A stretch of DNA of 64,000 nucleotides from Oopsacas minuta (GCA_024704765.1 JAKMXF010000319.1:1-64000), one strand, 5' to 3'. Counted from the stretch's first letter, positions 25,203 to 39,813 are shown. Made by a program: numbers and translations. The notes: generated by a model not told the origin, from the sequence alone.

Positions 25203-28200
25203 ATGTTGTCTTCACTCCTGACTATTCTGTCTTCTCTTTCTTTGAAAACGTTGCTATCAGTAACAGTCTTGGCCGATTATACACAACTTCTAATGTTGAT
25301 GTTAATCCAACCTTCATTACATCAAGTTCCTTGATCACGATTTCTAATTCTAGCATATTTATCTACAGAATTCTATTGATTATGAAAACACATCAGAGAG
25401 TAATATTTTCCAACTTCGAATAGAACAATCTTTTGCTCATAATAGAGTTGCTGAAGTTTATCTTTGCGTGTTAGACGCTAATGATAATGCGCCTACAGAA
25501 CCTACTATTGGGAATATTTCTGTGTTAACTAATGGGACAACTCTGGAAATTGGAGTAATTATAAAATTTAATTCTATTGATGCGGATTCAAACTTGAATG
25601 GTAAGGTGACGTACACTATGACCACGAGAGAAAATGACCTGTTTAACCTATCTTCAGATGGGATTTTAATGAATGCAGAGGCTTTATCCGCTAATGATAC
25701 TGAATTCATTATCGAGTACGAAATATCTGATGGTGGTAACCCTTTCCACTTTTCTAATTATACTTTCCGTTTTTCAGTGGATAGAGATGAAGGTGAGACT
25801 GTTCAAAATGTTTATATTCTTCAGAATAGGAATATAAGGCCACTGTTAATTGGAACTTGTTTCACGTCCACTGCCCTCATCTGCTACCATACGAACATTG
25901 TCATTATTGATTTTGACACTTTCAGATATTAAATACATATAATTGAAATTTGTGAATAGTAGAATAGTACAAGGACAGCGGAATGATTTATTAGCAGTCA
26001 GGGCATTGACTTGATCTATCATTGAATGATCAGGTCTTGTCCTGACTAGCCTGACTGTCTGCCCCGCCTTCGGATTATTATTGCATATATAAGCTACTGT
26101 GAGTGAAAATTTATCTGCACAGCTGTTATTTGAGATTATTTCTTGCAAATACTAGGAAAGTATAATGTTTGTATTTCTAGGTTTACAAATTGAACAAAGT
26201 AGATATGCATTCGCACTTCCAGAGAACACATCTGTTAATACTAATATCACAACACTGACAACTTCCGAAACTATTACTTTGATGCCAGAAGGTTATCTCT
26301 CTTATAATGAAAGTACAAATATGATATTTCTAATGTCTGAACTTGATTACGAAACTGAACCTGAAATCACTATCCGGATATACAATTCTAACGAAACTCA
26401 GATCAGTGAAATCGTGATTTACGTAATTAACGTCGTGGAAACAGCGCCTCTCTTCGTCACCTCAGTCCCAGATACAATCCCAATTTTTGGTATCACTGGT
26501 ACTATTGTATATTGTACTGAAGCATATACTAATGAGGATGATGCTGTACTAACCTATGAGTTAGAAAACGATTATGGTATCTTTGCAATCGATTGTAATG
26601 GCATTATCTCTCTCAGTCAATCGCTTGTATATGATTCTCCTACATTTGCAGAGTATAATGTTACATTATTTGTAACTGATAGAGGAATGACTAGTAACAT
26701 AACTCAACATTTCTTCTTTGATTCTACTTTTGTTCCTTTGCGTAAGTTTTTTCTTCTTGAATGCGCCTTTGTATTTTGTATACAAATTTTAAGTCATTTT
26801 TGCACGAACTTTCATTCCTAATCCTTAAATAGTTATCAGTTAAGTATTTCCGATAGATAATACACTCTAAGTCCCTGAATACACTACTATAATGCGAATT
26901 ACTATTAGTAGAACACTACTGTATCGAAATTTACAATATCCCTGTCCGCGTATTTTCCATTAATTCCTCAATTCCCGATTGCCCAATTTTTTCATAATTG
27001 TTTTAATCGCGATGCCTCGAGGCCACTGCTATTAATTTTTCTCTTTCTTTAACAGCTAGTGAACCTCTCAATGTAATTTTTAACACCGAAACCACTAACC
27101 TTTCCTGGGAACAACCTGCTGGTATATATCCTATTGAAATATTTTCCAGAGGTTTGTCTTATACTGTCAGATACGTTCATCTGACTGATCTCTCTAACAT
27201 ACAGACAGAGCTTTCTAACTTGACTTCATTGCAGTTAACATTATCTCAAGGATTTGTTTATTTGATTCGGATAGAAGCTTTGCTATTGAATAACTTTGGA
27301 GAGAAGGCAGTCATATCGTTTAATACTGGTAAGAATTTAATATTTTGCGAGGTATGCCCCGCTAGCCTTTGGAACGATTCTTTCAATAGCAAGTTATGAA
27401 AAGTGAAAATTATCGTTCTGAAATGCTCACGAACGTTTTATGCCAGTATTTACACATTTTCACTTTTTATTAGAATTGTTTCGCTTATGATAAATCACCA
27501 TATCTATGTCTAATATTCACTTTAGCACTAATTCATAGCACAAGTGTACTTCTGCATCTCGATATGTACATATCTACCAATTTTCACATTATTCAGTCTG
27601 TTAACTTCTCCAAAATAGCACATACAGAGGTTCAGTGTCCCTAGCTTATACGAGCTGCATATAGATAGAGGCGAATATCATTTCTTGGAATTTTGTCCTG
27701 AACTAATTATTCTTGTATTAGGTGCTCAGTATCTCACAGCTTCTACAATCTCTACTTCATCAATCCTAGTATCTTGGGATGAATTGGGATATTGTGATAG
27801 TAATAGTCTACGCATTCGATACGAGATAACATACTCTACTTCTTTCGGCACAAATTTTACAAATATGAATATTACAAACCAGTTCGATAATGTAACAAAC
27901 ATCTCATCATGTGCTCCTTCATCTGTCCTCTTGACTAACCTGGTTTCTGCTACTGTCTATAATATAACTCTACATATCTCTATACACGAGTATGGAGTTA
28001 ATAGAGTTTTTGTAGCAGATGCATACAATCAGACTCTTATTAATGGTTAGTTATATTTTCAATGTACATACAGTTATGGTTGCGTATTTTGATCCCCACG
28101 CTACCGAAAATCTGAATAATGAGACTTCATATTAAGGAAGATTTCTTCTAATTGTTTTCTAGACTCGAAATCCTCAAAGTTATATGACAGCTTACGTATC

Positions 28201-31200
28201 GAATTTGTGATATTTTGAATGTGCTATTGTTTATTATTCTATTATTTTATAGATTTCTTTGTAAAGGATCCATCACACCCTCTCTGTTTGGATGAAACTG
28301 CTTTTTTTTATTGTATACTTGACCCCAATCACTATGATTCTACATTTGATCCTGCTGTTTTCTTTTCTTTCAATGGTTCTGATCCTCTTGCGTTTGGAAT
28401 AAACTCACCGGATAATACTAGCAACGGGATTGATCTGCAAAACTTCAATTATTCCAGATTAGATTTACAAGGAATTCTGGAAATTAGTAATTTTTCTTAT
28501 GAACTTAGTCTTATTGAAATCGGATGTCATGTCAGATTAGATAATTCTACTATTAGTGAGGCTATTCTCTCTACAAAATTTGATTTTGCTCGTAAGTCTA
28601 TTATTTATCCTCAAAGCTCATTAAGAGCTATACGTCTTTATATATTCTCCATTAGAAACACTATCTAAACCTGAATGTGCACTCTCTTCGGAACCTTTTA
28701 ACGCATGTACATGCACTATCAACCTAGAATTATCTTGGCAATCTGTTCCATCAGAAATAAACGAAACCTCATATATCCTCAGGGAGAATGGAATGATCTT
28801 TGATATTGTAAATCAGACTCAGTTTGGTTACTCTACTTCTACTCGTGTTTTACCTCCTTTTACATACAATTTTACGATATCTGCTAGAGATTGCGCTGGT
28901 GAATCTGAACAAGACCTCTGCTATACGAGAACCATTCCAGGTAATTTAATTATTGAATTTTCATATTCTCTCGATCTATGGGACACCAACTCTTTTTCAA
29001 AATTCCCAGAATTGTCACTGGAAAATCCTGCCTATTGAATATTCACATTTCCTCCTATTCCAACCGAAAATATCCAGAAACAGGCACAATTATAGACATT
29101 TTATTTGATCACTTTCCACTTACATAACTTGTATTATGCCAATGATAACTAGCTGACACTTGGACATCCTGCATAGGCACTAAATGCTCCTCGTTGTGCT
29201 GCCGTACACTTATCCCCCTGAGCACGTAGTAATTCAAAGTGTTCCGCAGTTCGATTGACCTTTCTTCATTTAGACTTCGTAATTAAGGAAGATTCTCTAT
29301 CTTTGGATTTTCGACATGAAGATGGAAACCTTACACTAAATTGGGTAGGTTGGTTTATCTTTTTCTAGAGCTTAACTAGCAATCAAAAGGGTTTCTTCAG
29401 GATTGCTTGGAAGGCACTCTCATGGTCGGCATGGCACTGTCCTTTAATGCACTCTTAAGTGCAGCCAAATCACCAAGATAAACCCTTGCTGTGTATTAGA
29501 GGCCACTGTTAGTTTGAAACATGATTCAGCTCCACCGCCCGCATCTGATTTGGCTACCGCACTAATATTGTTATTATTTCACCATTCACTCAATGTATTT
29601 CAACTACAAGGTGTATAAACTTGCTAGAGTACAATAGAAGTATCTTATTCATAGTCTATCCTATTCTCATACCAAATTTGACTTTTGTAATTAAAATATT
29701 TTTTATGAAAGAAGTCAATGAATCAATTTTCCAGCCGATACCTCACATAATAATGAGCTAATGATAAAGAACCGCCCACCCGCGTGCCTGTCCTGTTAGA
29801 TCTAATGTGGAAGTGAAACAAGTTTCTTATTAACAGTGGCCTTATCTATGTCATGGGGCAATATGATAAATTGAGCATTTTGCATAAAGCCAAAATGCGT
29901 AATTTCTCATATCGCCCCTAGCATATACACTTCTAACCATACATTTGATTTGTTTCTAGGCTGTTGATACAATTCCTTCCAATTCATCAGAAGATCCTAT
30001 TTTAATTGGCTACTTCATAGTAATAGATTATCATTACACATCTTGCCAAGTTAATTTTGACTTAGAAGAAGGAGATATTCCCAGAAGATTACATCGTAGT
30101 ATATCATTATTTTCTGATAAATCTGACTACACCGTCAATCTTTACAGTCCTCAAGAAGTATCAGAACTTGCAATTAATGCTTCTATCCAAATAGTAAATT
30201 TATGTCAACAAGTTGTTAATGGTAGTTTGCCTCAAAATGAATCTTTTGAATACCATTTAGAGGTTCCACCACCGATTTGCACTGTTTTGAATTTTACCAT
30301 CGACCCAGGAACTTGTTTAACATCTCTTGAATTTCTCAGAGAAGTGCTCAGTAATGAGACATTTACCAGTGCTGTATTATACTATACTACCAGCAACCAA
30401 TCTTTTAATATTTCTGGGGACTCATATTTTTATGATGCTCGAAGGATACCTCCTTACACAGAATACAGCTATCAAATGAACACGATTAAATGTGGAATTG
30501 AATCGAATCGATCATTATGTCATTCGTCTATCATACCAGGTTATGAGTTTGATCAGATTTCTCTTTCATATTCAATTGAAACAGATTCTGTTAACTTCAC
30601 TTGGAATTTTACAAAATCCCCTGAATCAGCACCTGATCATCCTATCGATCTTACTGTCAATATTACTTATGAAATATCTTACAAATTGATAAATCAGGCC
30701 GAAATGATAATTATTCCATTCAATGATTCAGTCACTTTGTCTTCTACTTCGAATATGTCAGCTCTATATATTGAAAACTCTGGTGATGACATTGGAGATG
30801 TTAAATTCAAGTCATCAGATCTAATAGTTGCCCAATGTGGATTCCCGACTGAAAACCAAGAATTTTCATACGAAAGAGTTTTTACATGTGAAGAAACTGG
30901 CACTTGTGTCATGGATACAGATGGTGATGGCTACACGGATAAGCTAGGACTTTGCCCTTCCGCGAATGAGGGCACGCATTGTGTAGACAATTGCCCACTT
31001 AACCCCAATCCACAGCAGGGAGATTGTGATGAAAACGGGATAGGTGATGCATGCGATACAACATGTTTGCCAGAAACAGATCCTGTATTCAAATATAACT
31101 GGACGTGCACAGTTGGTGGAGTAACTCAATATCAAAATTGTACTCAAGGTGGAGGAAACGCGAGTAGAGTTTGCCTTGAAGGTGAATGGAGTGATCTGGT

Positions 31201-33373
31201 AGATACTTCTAACTGTTTCACCCCAGAGTATGCTGATATTAAACAGAATATCACCATAGATAGTTTGATAGAAGTTGCTGGATTTATTAACGAGACGGCG
31301 CCAGCAACCTCTGGAGATATCGGTGTCATTGTGGCTGTCTTGAACACTACAGTTGAGGCAACATTAACTGAAAGCATTGATAAATTAGAAGAAATTGTCA
31401 ACACTACTATTGTCATCGTTGATGTTCTAACAGATGACTCAAGTCAGGATTTATTATCCCAATCGCAAGACACCCAAGTTGCCCAAATGGTGATCTCCAT
31501 TATGGAACAGCAAGCAAGTGGTCTAGCTATGAATTCTGATGAAGATATCAAGCTCGATTCTGGCAAAAATGTATTTCTCGAGGTTCAAACTGTTGATGTA
31601 AATAGAAGTGAAGGTATTGTGATTACAGCAAGTAATATTATGACAGAAACCGCGGGTGGACAATCAAATCCAACAGTCACTGTCCCCATTCCTGAGGGAA
31701 TAGATCAATCCAAAAATCTGAGCGTTTCTGTTGTTGTACTGAAAAATATCGCCAATCTTATCACCAGTTTTGCTGACTCAATCACTGTAGGTATCGGTGG
31801 CCTCAAATTGGACGATTTCACCCAATTTGAGATAGTTTCATCGGTGGTATCTCTCCAATTATTTTCTGGTGATAAGTTACTCACTACAGATGGATCAAAC
31901 ACACTAGCTGAAATCTCAATACCTCTTTCGCTTTCTAGTATTGATTTAGATTTGTTCTACATAAAACCATCCTGTCTTTTCCTTAACGATTCTACAGCTG
32001 CGAATGTCACATGGTTTGACACTAATATCTTAGACGTTTCCTCCGATGACATCATCAATGGTGTTTTGCTATGTGAACCAGGTCATAACACATCTTTCGT
32101 AGTACTTGTAGGTGTAGGAAATTTGGAAAGTCAGACTGTAGTTTTTAATATTTTGTCATATGTTGGTTGTTCACTCTCCGTGATCTGTCTATTGATTAGT
32201 ATGACAATATATCTCATCTTCGGTAGAAAGCTTCTACGCAAAATCTACCATTTTGTGCATTTCCAACTTGCTCTTTCGCTCTGTCTGCTCTATCTAGCCT
32301 TTCTTTTTGGTGTGGAACCAGCATACGCTAACGTCTGGCTGTATATCCCATGTAAAATAGTAACTGTGGTTGTTGAGTATTTGCTACTTGTCACTTTTCT
32401 TTGGATGTTGATGGAAGGCATCGTAGTTTTGATAATGATAATGTTGCCATTCCATCAATTTACCTGGAAGCATTTTGTAATATTTTCATGCACTTCATGG
32501 ATTTTGCCATTAATATATGTTATACCATTCATTCCATTCTTCCATGAATACTACCTCTCACCGCCAGTTGGAAATACCACCGTCCTAACGAACACGGCGA
32601 AATATTGTTTTCTCCATAACGATGAGAACATCAACTTGATATATTCCGTGACAGCACCTTTGGCTCTCATAATACTCCTAAATGTTCTTACCTTAACGAT
32701 TGTTATAATTCGTTGTATGTTGATTATTGTACGCCAAAAAAGTTTGTCCAAACTGCAACGTGCTCAGAAAACGTCTTTGAGATTATTCAGGCTTTTGCTT
32801 GTGATGTTTCCTGTGCTCGGCTTTGGATGGAGTTTCGGATTACTTGCTATATATTTCAATACAGTTGTATTTGCATGGCTTTTCACGATACTTTGCGCAT
32901 TTCAAGGTATTCTATACCTCTTTTTCGTGCTTTTGATTCGTCGTGATATCCAACGCTCGATTGTGAGTGCCTTGAACCTGAAATCCAAATACTTGACTAT
33001 GCATTCCCGTATTTCAAGCTACTATTCCAGACCAGTATCCACCAAAGGGACTACATTTGATACGAAGCAAACCTTAGTCTTTGAACACCCAATGCCGACA
33101 CCTGAACTAGATTTAGAAACTCCCCCTCCCCAATTAAAAGTGGACGAAATCGACACTGATAAACGTGGTCTTAGCGAAGTTGTTAGTGCTGAGGAAAGAA
33201 GAACACTGCCTCCAACTATTGAGGTAGAAGAAAAGTTAATGTTTTATGAAGATAGAAAATGGTTACCAAATATGATAGCGGAGGGTGAATCGGATAATGA
33301 TGACTTTTTCGAAAAGTTATATGTAGATCTTAATGATCTTGCGACGCGGATCACTGAGATGGATAATAATTAA
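25203..33373 (+). CDS. Adhesion GPCR: cadherin repeats, FN3 repeats, Ig-like segment, TSP3-like repeat, HRM, GAIN/GPS, 7TM; 5' end not resolved
   Basis: Cadherin motifs IDYE, DANDNAP, DADSNLNGKVTY and LDYE at 25.3-26.7 kb. FN3 exons at 27-30.7 kb. DTDGDG...DNCP..PNPQQGDCDENGIGDACD at 30911-31057. HRM CxxxxD....W...C.....A.R.C...W. GHNTSFVVLV. Class B2 7TM (HFQLALSL, FLWMLMEG, LGFGWSFGLL, AFQG). Last exon 29960-33373. Confidence 0.85.
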
Positions 33374-33833
33374 ACACACTTGCATGCGCCAGTTGTCACT
33401 TAGTATTTTCTGATACAAAATAGTTTTTTACTGTATTTTTTACTCGCTACCCTTTTCAAACACTTTTAGATATTTATTCGTGTATTTACGTATATAATTA
33501 TGTGTTGAGATTCCTTATATATAGCCGAGCTATAATACAGTTCTTTGTAATACAAAAATCCATACCCTCATTCTAAAATTGACTTTCCTTCCCAAAAAAT
33601 AACCTTTCCTCGAACAAAGACAAGCTAATATAACAAAAACTGTACTATAGTATAGTTGAGCTATATTAAGGCATTTGTTATGGGTGTTTATATATTCTAT
33701 TATTATTTGCGTTGCCAATATTTCCTCCTGATAGGATGAACTAATATTTACACAAAATTTGTGTTCGTTACGAGGTATGTATTCAGTAATATTTGTGTTT
33801 GCGGATTGAAAGAATCATTTTAGAAATTTTCCA

Positions 33834-36800
33834 ATGAAACAAACTACTTTATTCGGCATTACCACTCCAACAAAACCAACAGTTCTTCATAACACGAATG
33901 GAAATACGAATTCCAAACACACACTACAATCACCAGGAAATGCATTATCAGATTATTTCAAACAATCGAATACAAGTAAAAAAGTTTTGAATAATAGAAA
34001 AAATTCAGAAATTACCCCAAAGGTAAACCGACAATCAAAGAATACTGCCAAACATGAAAACAAAATGTCTCCCGTTTCCCAGATCACAGATGATATTAGC
34101 ATTATTTCTATCGACTCGCCTTTGGCGTCCAAAAATGATCAAATTTTGACACCACTCAAAGCGATCACGCTTGGCATCAATAGCTGTTGCATGAACAATT
34201 CGACACCTGAAATATCCATAATCAATACAAACAAAGATACGATTCAAGACTGCAACCGGATCACTTCACATTTTCTGCCCAAAAAATTACATGAAAAATT
34301 TGTTGATTCTTTTGAAGAAGATGAAAAATCTTTACAAAAGTCTAAACCAAAAGTACAAGAAAGTGAAATATTTTTGAAAGAGAATCTCGTAGAATTTGAT
34401 AGTTTCAGCGATGTCCTGACAGTAAGTGAATTTCTACACGACTTTCACGAGTTATTGGAGGTAAAATCTGATGAAAATTGGTCTCCGCCAGATTTCCATA
34501 CACTGTATAAAGCTTTGAAAAGTTGTGATTTGACGGAAAATTTCACAATTTTGTCCACATTATTGCTACGATTTATGAAGTATCTCTTTACGGAATCTCT
34601 CCCCTATTTTCAAGAAGATGTTGGAGATCTTAACACCGCGTGTAATGTAGCTGCGTTATTAAGGTTATATTTCCAACAGAAAAATGAGTGTCTATTTGTA
34701 CAAGAAATGGAAAAGGATTTATATTGGTGAGTGATGATTCTATTTCTGTCTTCTCGATTCTCCTATGACATTTATTCACTATGTCGTGGACTATAATTCA
34801 TAAGCTAATGTAAAAATTCACTAGGGAGATGCCCTAATGGTTTTGAAATGTGCTACGTAGATGTGCACCCAGGAGGAAAATTTCTAAAGTGAAATTATCA
34901 CACCTTTTTGGTGATTAATCATATTTTGGCACTTTTTGCATATATTTCAAAATGATGCCAGAGATTTCGGTTCAACGGCTAGTCAAGAGTAATTGAGTCT
35001 GTAGTTTCTAATTTTGACATTCTCAAATCTATATTTCAAAGATTTTTCATTTCTTTTCTTTTAGCTTGCCATTCAATCTGAAAGTCTCCATCCTTATCCA
35101 ATTAATATATGACGTCAACAGTTCAACCGATTTTCGCAGTTTCTATGATAAGAAATGTTCTCAAATAGAAGAAATAAGAAGGACTATTAAGATATTACAA
35201 GGAGATATAGCTCGTTTTGATAGAGAAATGGTTGCATTAAAATATTACAAGAAAGAAAAGAATCAAAGTTTGATACTGGACAACACTACACAAATTAGTG
35301 GTTAGTTAAAGTGTAAAGTAGAAATCGGTTAGTACGTACTTTGCCAACAAATTGTTTATGCTATGTTCATGCCATTTTCATATAAAAGTTCCAAGTTCTT
35401 AATATAAGTCAAACGTTCATGCCAAAACCAAAATCTCTTGAGCGCATTTATTCAATTTCTTGTTAGAATGTGATAAAGAGAACATCAAAACGAATGCAAA
35501 TCACCAGTCAACTGATGAAGAGGACGTTGATACACGTCTACAAAAGGTGTTAGGAAAGTTCAATCATTCTCAAATGGAGATTGCGAAACTACGAGCTAGC
35601 ATTGAAGAATTAGAAAATGTGGTGATGTCGAAAAAGAAGCTAGGAACAGATACTTGTGGTTAGTTTATAAATACAATTGTTAGTGTGTATATGGTAAATG
35701 ATTTGGCCACAGTATCATAGTTGCCTAAGGTAGCAAAATTGAATATTGAAGATCTTATTTTTCAGGTCGTAATTACTTCAATTTAAAGTCTTTCAGTGAT
35801 ACAGCTATATTAGTTGAATTGGAATACAGCAAGCTACAATTCCTCACATCTCTAAACAAGACAAAAAGCCAACATCAAGGCGATAGAACTAACGAACCAA
35901 TTCTTTCTAAAATATTAGAAGAATGTGATTCGAAGAATGACCAACATTTCACTGGTTGGATGAGCTTTAGTACAGAGAGCGAGTTGACATCTTTAGTAAA
36001 GTAAATTTCTGTAAAATCTCTCTAGAATTTGGTGAAGCTAAGTGCCCAAAAATTATTTAAATTATTGCGCTCATAAGTCATAAGTTTTTTAATGAAATTT
36101 CGCATAATACTCATCTTTGGTGGGCAACTGGACATTTGCCCGTCTTTAGCATCGGACCGCCACACCCTATAAAGGAGAGTTTTCCACTGATATGCCAGAT
36201 CTTTGGATCGCCACAATGAACAAAAATCTATACTATGTAATCTCAATTGTTGTCTGTTTGTTTGTCTGTTGTCAAGGAAAGGATTTACGGTATGCAATTT
36301 TGAAATTACCCAGGGGTGACTAAGTATGCTGAATCCGAAATTCGCATTTTCAAGTTTCTCAGATGTAAATTTATTGTTATTTCATACTTTTATAGATATT
36401 TGAGGTCAACTAAATGTGATAAGAAAATTCACTCACAAATCGAAGAATTACGAAGTTTCCTGAGAAATATCAAACTGCCTGTTGTATCACCAATTGTAGA
36501 AGAATCTCATTACCTTCGTTCTACCATCAAGAACAAACTACCAGTCGATTATTTCACTGTAGAAGAATTTGCTAGACAGCTTCTAGAGTTTGGGGAAGAA
36601 TTACTCTATTCTGGTTTTGTTTCTACCAAATTCGATTGTGTAGGATGGATTGGTAAGTTGGAGAGCCGCACAGATCAAAGCAAGCCATTGTTTGCCGTTA
36701 TAGTGAGCTATGTGACATTATGTGTAAAATTTAATGATTAGGACGTTCGAATACAGGAGTTTGCTGTCAACCACCCAATGCAGCTGACATTTGAAAAATT

Positions 36801-38865
36801 TCAAATGTCAGGTGCACAACTAGATGTCACTACGAGTACACATGCCAAATTTGATATCTTAATCTCGAAAGGTGTGAATTGTAGAGCGAAATCCAACTTA
36901 CATCTGTGTTATGCTCTGGCTTTCAAAATCTCGAATTTTCAGGAATTTCCTATTATAACCTACTCCTATACAGATGCACTATCAAACGAGGATTTTTCAC
37001 ACACAACAGAGGTAATACAAGAACTAAGTAACAAACTAACTTCACTGATCGACTCACTAATCAAATCCACGACAGTAAACGTACCAGAATCAATTACGAA
37101 ATGTTACATGCTATTAACGCCACCCACTTTATCACACCTATTTCTACTGCTGAACTATTATGAACATACTCTAAGTACTGTAGACTCCTGCTATGGGAAC
37201 AGGTGTATGAAGTGTTATAAGAAGCCGATATGGAATGGTACGTTTCTGAATTTTAGGCGGGTTAACCGTGGGAAATATCTTTTAGGGAATTGATCACTCA
37301 TTCATAAATTCTCTTGATATCTTGTGGTGGTAGGATTATAAATATGATTCAACCACTGATTGTGGTTTGCTTAGAGAGTAACTTCACCAAGTATAATGTT
37401 GCTACCTATTTGGGAACTACCGATTTTTAGACAGCTCTTGCGATTTGATTGAGAGCTTTTCATTAATTCGTTCATATGTATGAATATTGATTCGGTAGGT
37501 ATCAAGATTCGAATGTGCACGAACTTCAAAATTCTGTAAAATTCTTCACTTTTAATTCATTAAATATTATGATTTCCACTGCATTAACTCCCAATTTGAA
37601 CTTTTCAAGTATAAATTGCATCCTTTAGCATAATTAAGAATGTCACACTTTGACTTTCCTATATTTTTAGGTAAAACTTATAACCCCAAATTCATCTGTA
37701 AAGAATGCTCAAAAGTGTTCCACTTAACTTGCCAAGATCCACCTCTTCCTGATATTGTATTTGATCATCGCTGTGATTCGTGTAGAAATCCTCAGAGCTT
37801 GATAACTAATACTTTTTACAGAACAAGGAGTCAAAGAATCAGCGAAGATGATAGCTCTTCTGAACCGGTATATACAGTTAACGGACAAAAGTATTTGAAC
37901 ACTTACCGTATTTAATACAAAGTATATCAAACTAAAATCTAATCAATCTGATGTATTCAATAACTATTATCCAGGAAGCAGAGAATAAGCGTGAACAAGA
38001 TTCATTAATGTAGATTGACGGATATTGATTTATAAGAATATCTTAGTTACATGGGTGAATAAGAATATAACAAAATAATTGCAATCCTGAAATGGTCGAA
38101 TACTTTTATCCTTTAATTGTATATATGAATACAGTCAAACCTGCTTAACGGTCACCTCCTGCACATGGCTGCCACCTAACTCAGTCCCATCCGATCCCAA
38201 TTATTATGACTTCTGTATAGCGGTTATCATTTTGGTCCTACAAACCGTTAATTCGGACAATTATATATGCGAGTACAAATTCCACGGAAAACAGATAGTT
38301 AAGACTGGCTCAAATATGTCATTTAGTGCCAGATAATAATCGTATATCCAGTTGCACATTGACGGTAGCAGTCTATTTATATGCATATTTTCAGGATGCC
38401 AGATATAAGGGTATGACCCGGACACCGTCTACGGAGAAAAATATAAAAAATATTAAACACGAATACAAGGTTTATGTAAATCTATCTGGCATTTTCCAAT
38501 TTTCAGCTTTGCCTTTTAATTTCCACAGCAAGAACTTTTGTTATAGTCTGCATAGCAATCTGCCAGACACTCTGGCTATGATATAATAATTTCCATTGAC
38601 GTAATGTCAACTTTTCTAGGAAGAGATTGTTGTGAGAAGAAAATCATTGAGACAAAAGCCAACCTTTTTCCACAGCTTCTATTCATCCCCTGTACGTTCT
38701 CAAATAGAGAAAAAGCGCAGAATAATAGTTTCATCTGAATCAGAAGACAACAGTCCATATGTTAGAAGAAAAGGCCTCCGAAGTATGACATACCAACCAC
38801 CTAGAAAGAAAATACCAGTTAAACCAAATGATTACACTTCCAAACTTAGATCAGCTTGTTCTTAG
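33834..38865 (+). CDS. DDT-WHIM1-WSD-PHD protein, BAZ1/ACF1-like ISWI partner; 3' exon structure uncertain
   Basis: DDT DVLTVSEFLHDFHELL...LYKAL. WHIM1 LPFNLKVSILIQLI. WHIM3-like WMSFSTESELTSLV. TLSHLFLLL precedes a C4HC3 PHD split over two exons (CMKC...CKECSKVFHLTC...CDSC). Confidence 0.65.
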
Positions 38866-39235
38866 ACAACTTACCTTCAGTAATAGAATACGTTAATTCA
38901 GTTAATATTGTAATTATACACAATTACTAGTCTACTCCATTACTTTGATACAATTCTCTGGGTGATGGAAATAAGCATGTGGAATGTGAGCGTGCAAAGA
39001 GCCGCTAAACTCAGCATTTCCACGTCTAATTACAATTCTATTAGTGTGCTAACGTGGTCGCATATGCCAGATAATAGCTATAGCTATGCATCTGGCTTGA
39101 ATCAGACAAATTTGACTCTTCTCCGGCATGAAATATTTACCTATACAAACGTAAATTAGGGGATATAGACTATTGTCCTTTGCCGATACACAAGGTTATC
39201 CATGGGTTCTGTGATATCTAGCTAATTACTTCGTA

Positions 39236-39269
39236 TATATATATATACGCACACACACACACACACACA
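39236..39269. repeat. Compound (TA)n/(CA)n microsatellite just upstream of the EMC6 start
   Basis: Read directly. Confidence 0.85.
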
Positions 39270-39289
39270 AGATAGTATCGTTCCTCAAA

Positions 39290-39813
39290 ATGGAATCAAT
39301 AAGTGAACCATCTCTCCGCTTTAATCTCCAACAGATATCATACTGTCGAACTACTACAGCAGTTCTGACCGGCTCTACAGCTGGCATACTAGGATTAACT
39401 GGCGTATTAGGATTTGTATTATACTTGAGTACAGCTGTATTAGTTTCTGTTATACTATTGGCGAAAGCTGGAGCTAATTCTGCTAGCTTTTTTCCATCAA
39501 AATCTAGGTTTGTTTCGGGATTTTAGAAGCATATATTTTCGTAATAAAAGTTTTGGTATCTACATCTGGAAACGAAAATGACATTCTGATTTTACCGACA
39601 TTTCAAAAAATTATGAAACTTTCGATATTTGATTTTTTGCATATTTTAATGATATTTTGATGTTTTCCAATATTCTTTATTCAACTGTTTTATCGACAGC
39701 AACATTTATTTTCATTTCTCTCCTTTAGTTTATATCTTCAAGGAGTGTTAGAGGAAATTGTAACGTATATCCTATTCTGGACATTACTATATGGTATTGT
39801 ACATGTGTATTAG
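39290..39813 (+). CDS. EMC6: ER membrane complex subunit 6 (2 exons)
   Basis: NLQQISYCRTTTAVLTGSTAGILGLTG..GF, and exon 2 TYILFWTLLYGIVHVY-stop. Confidence 0.93.
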
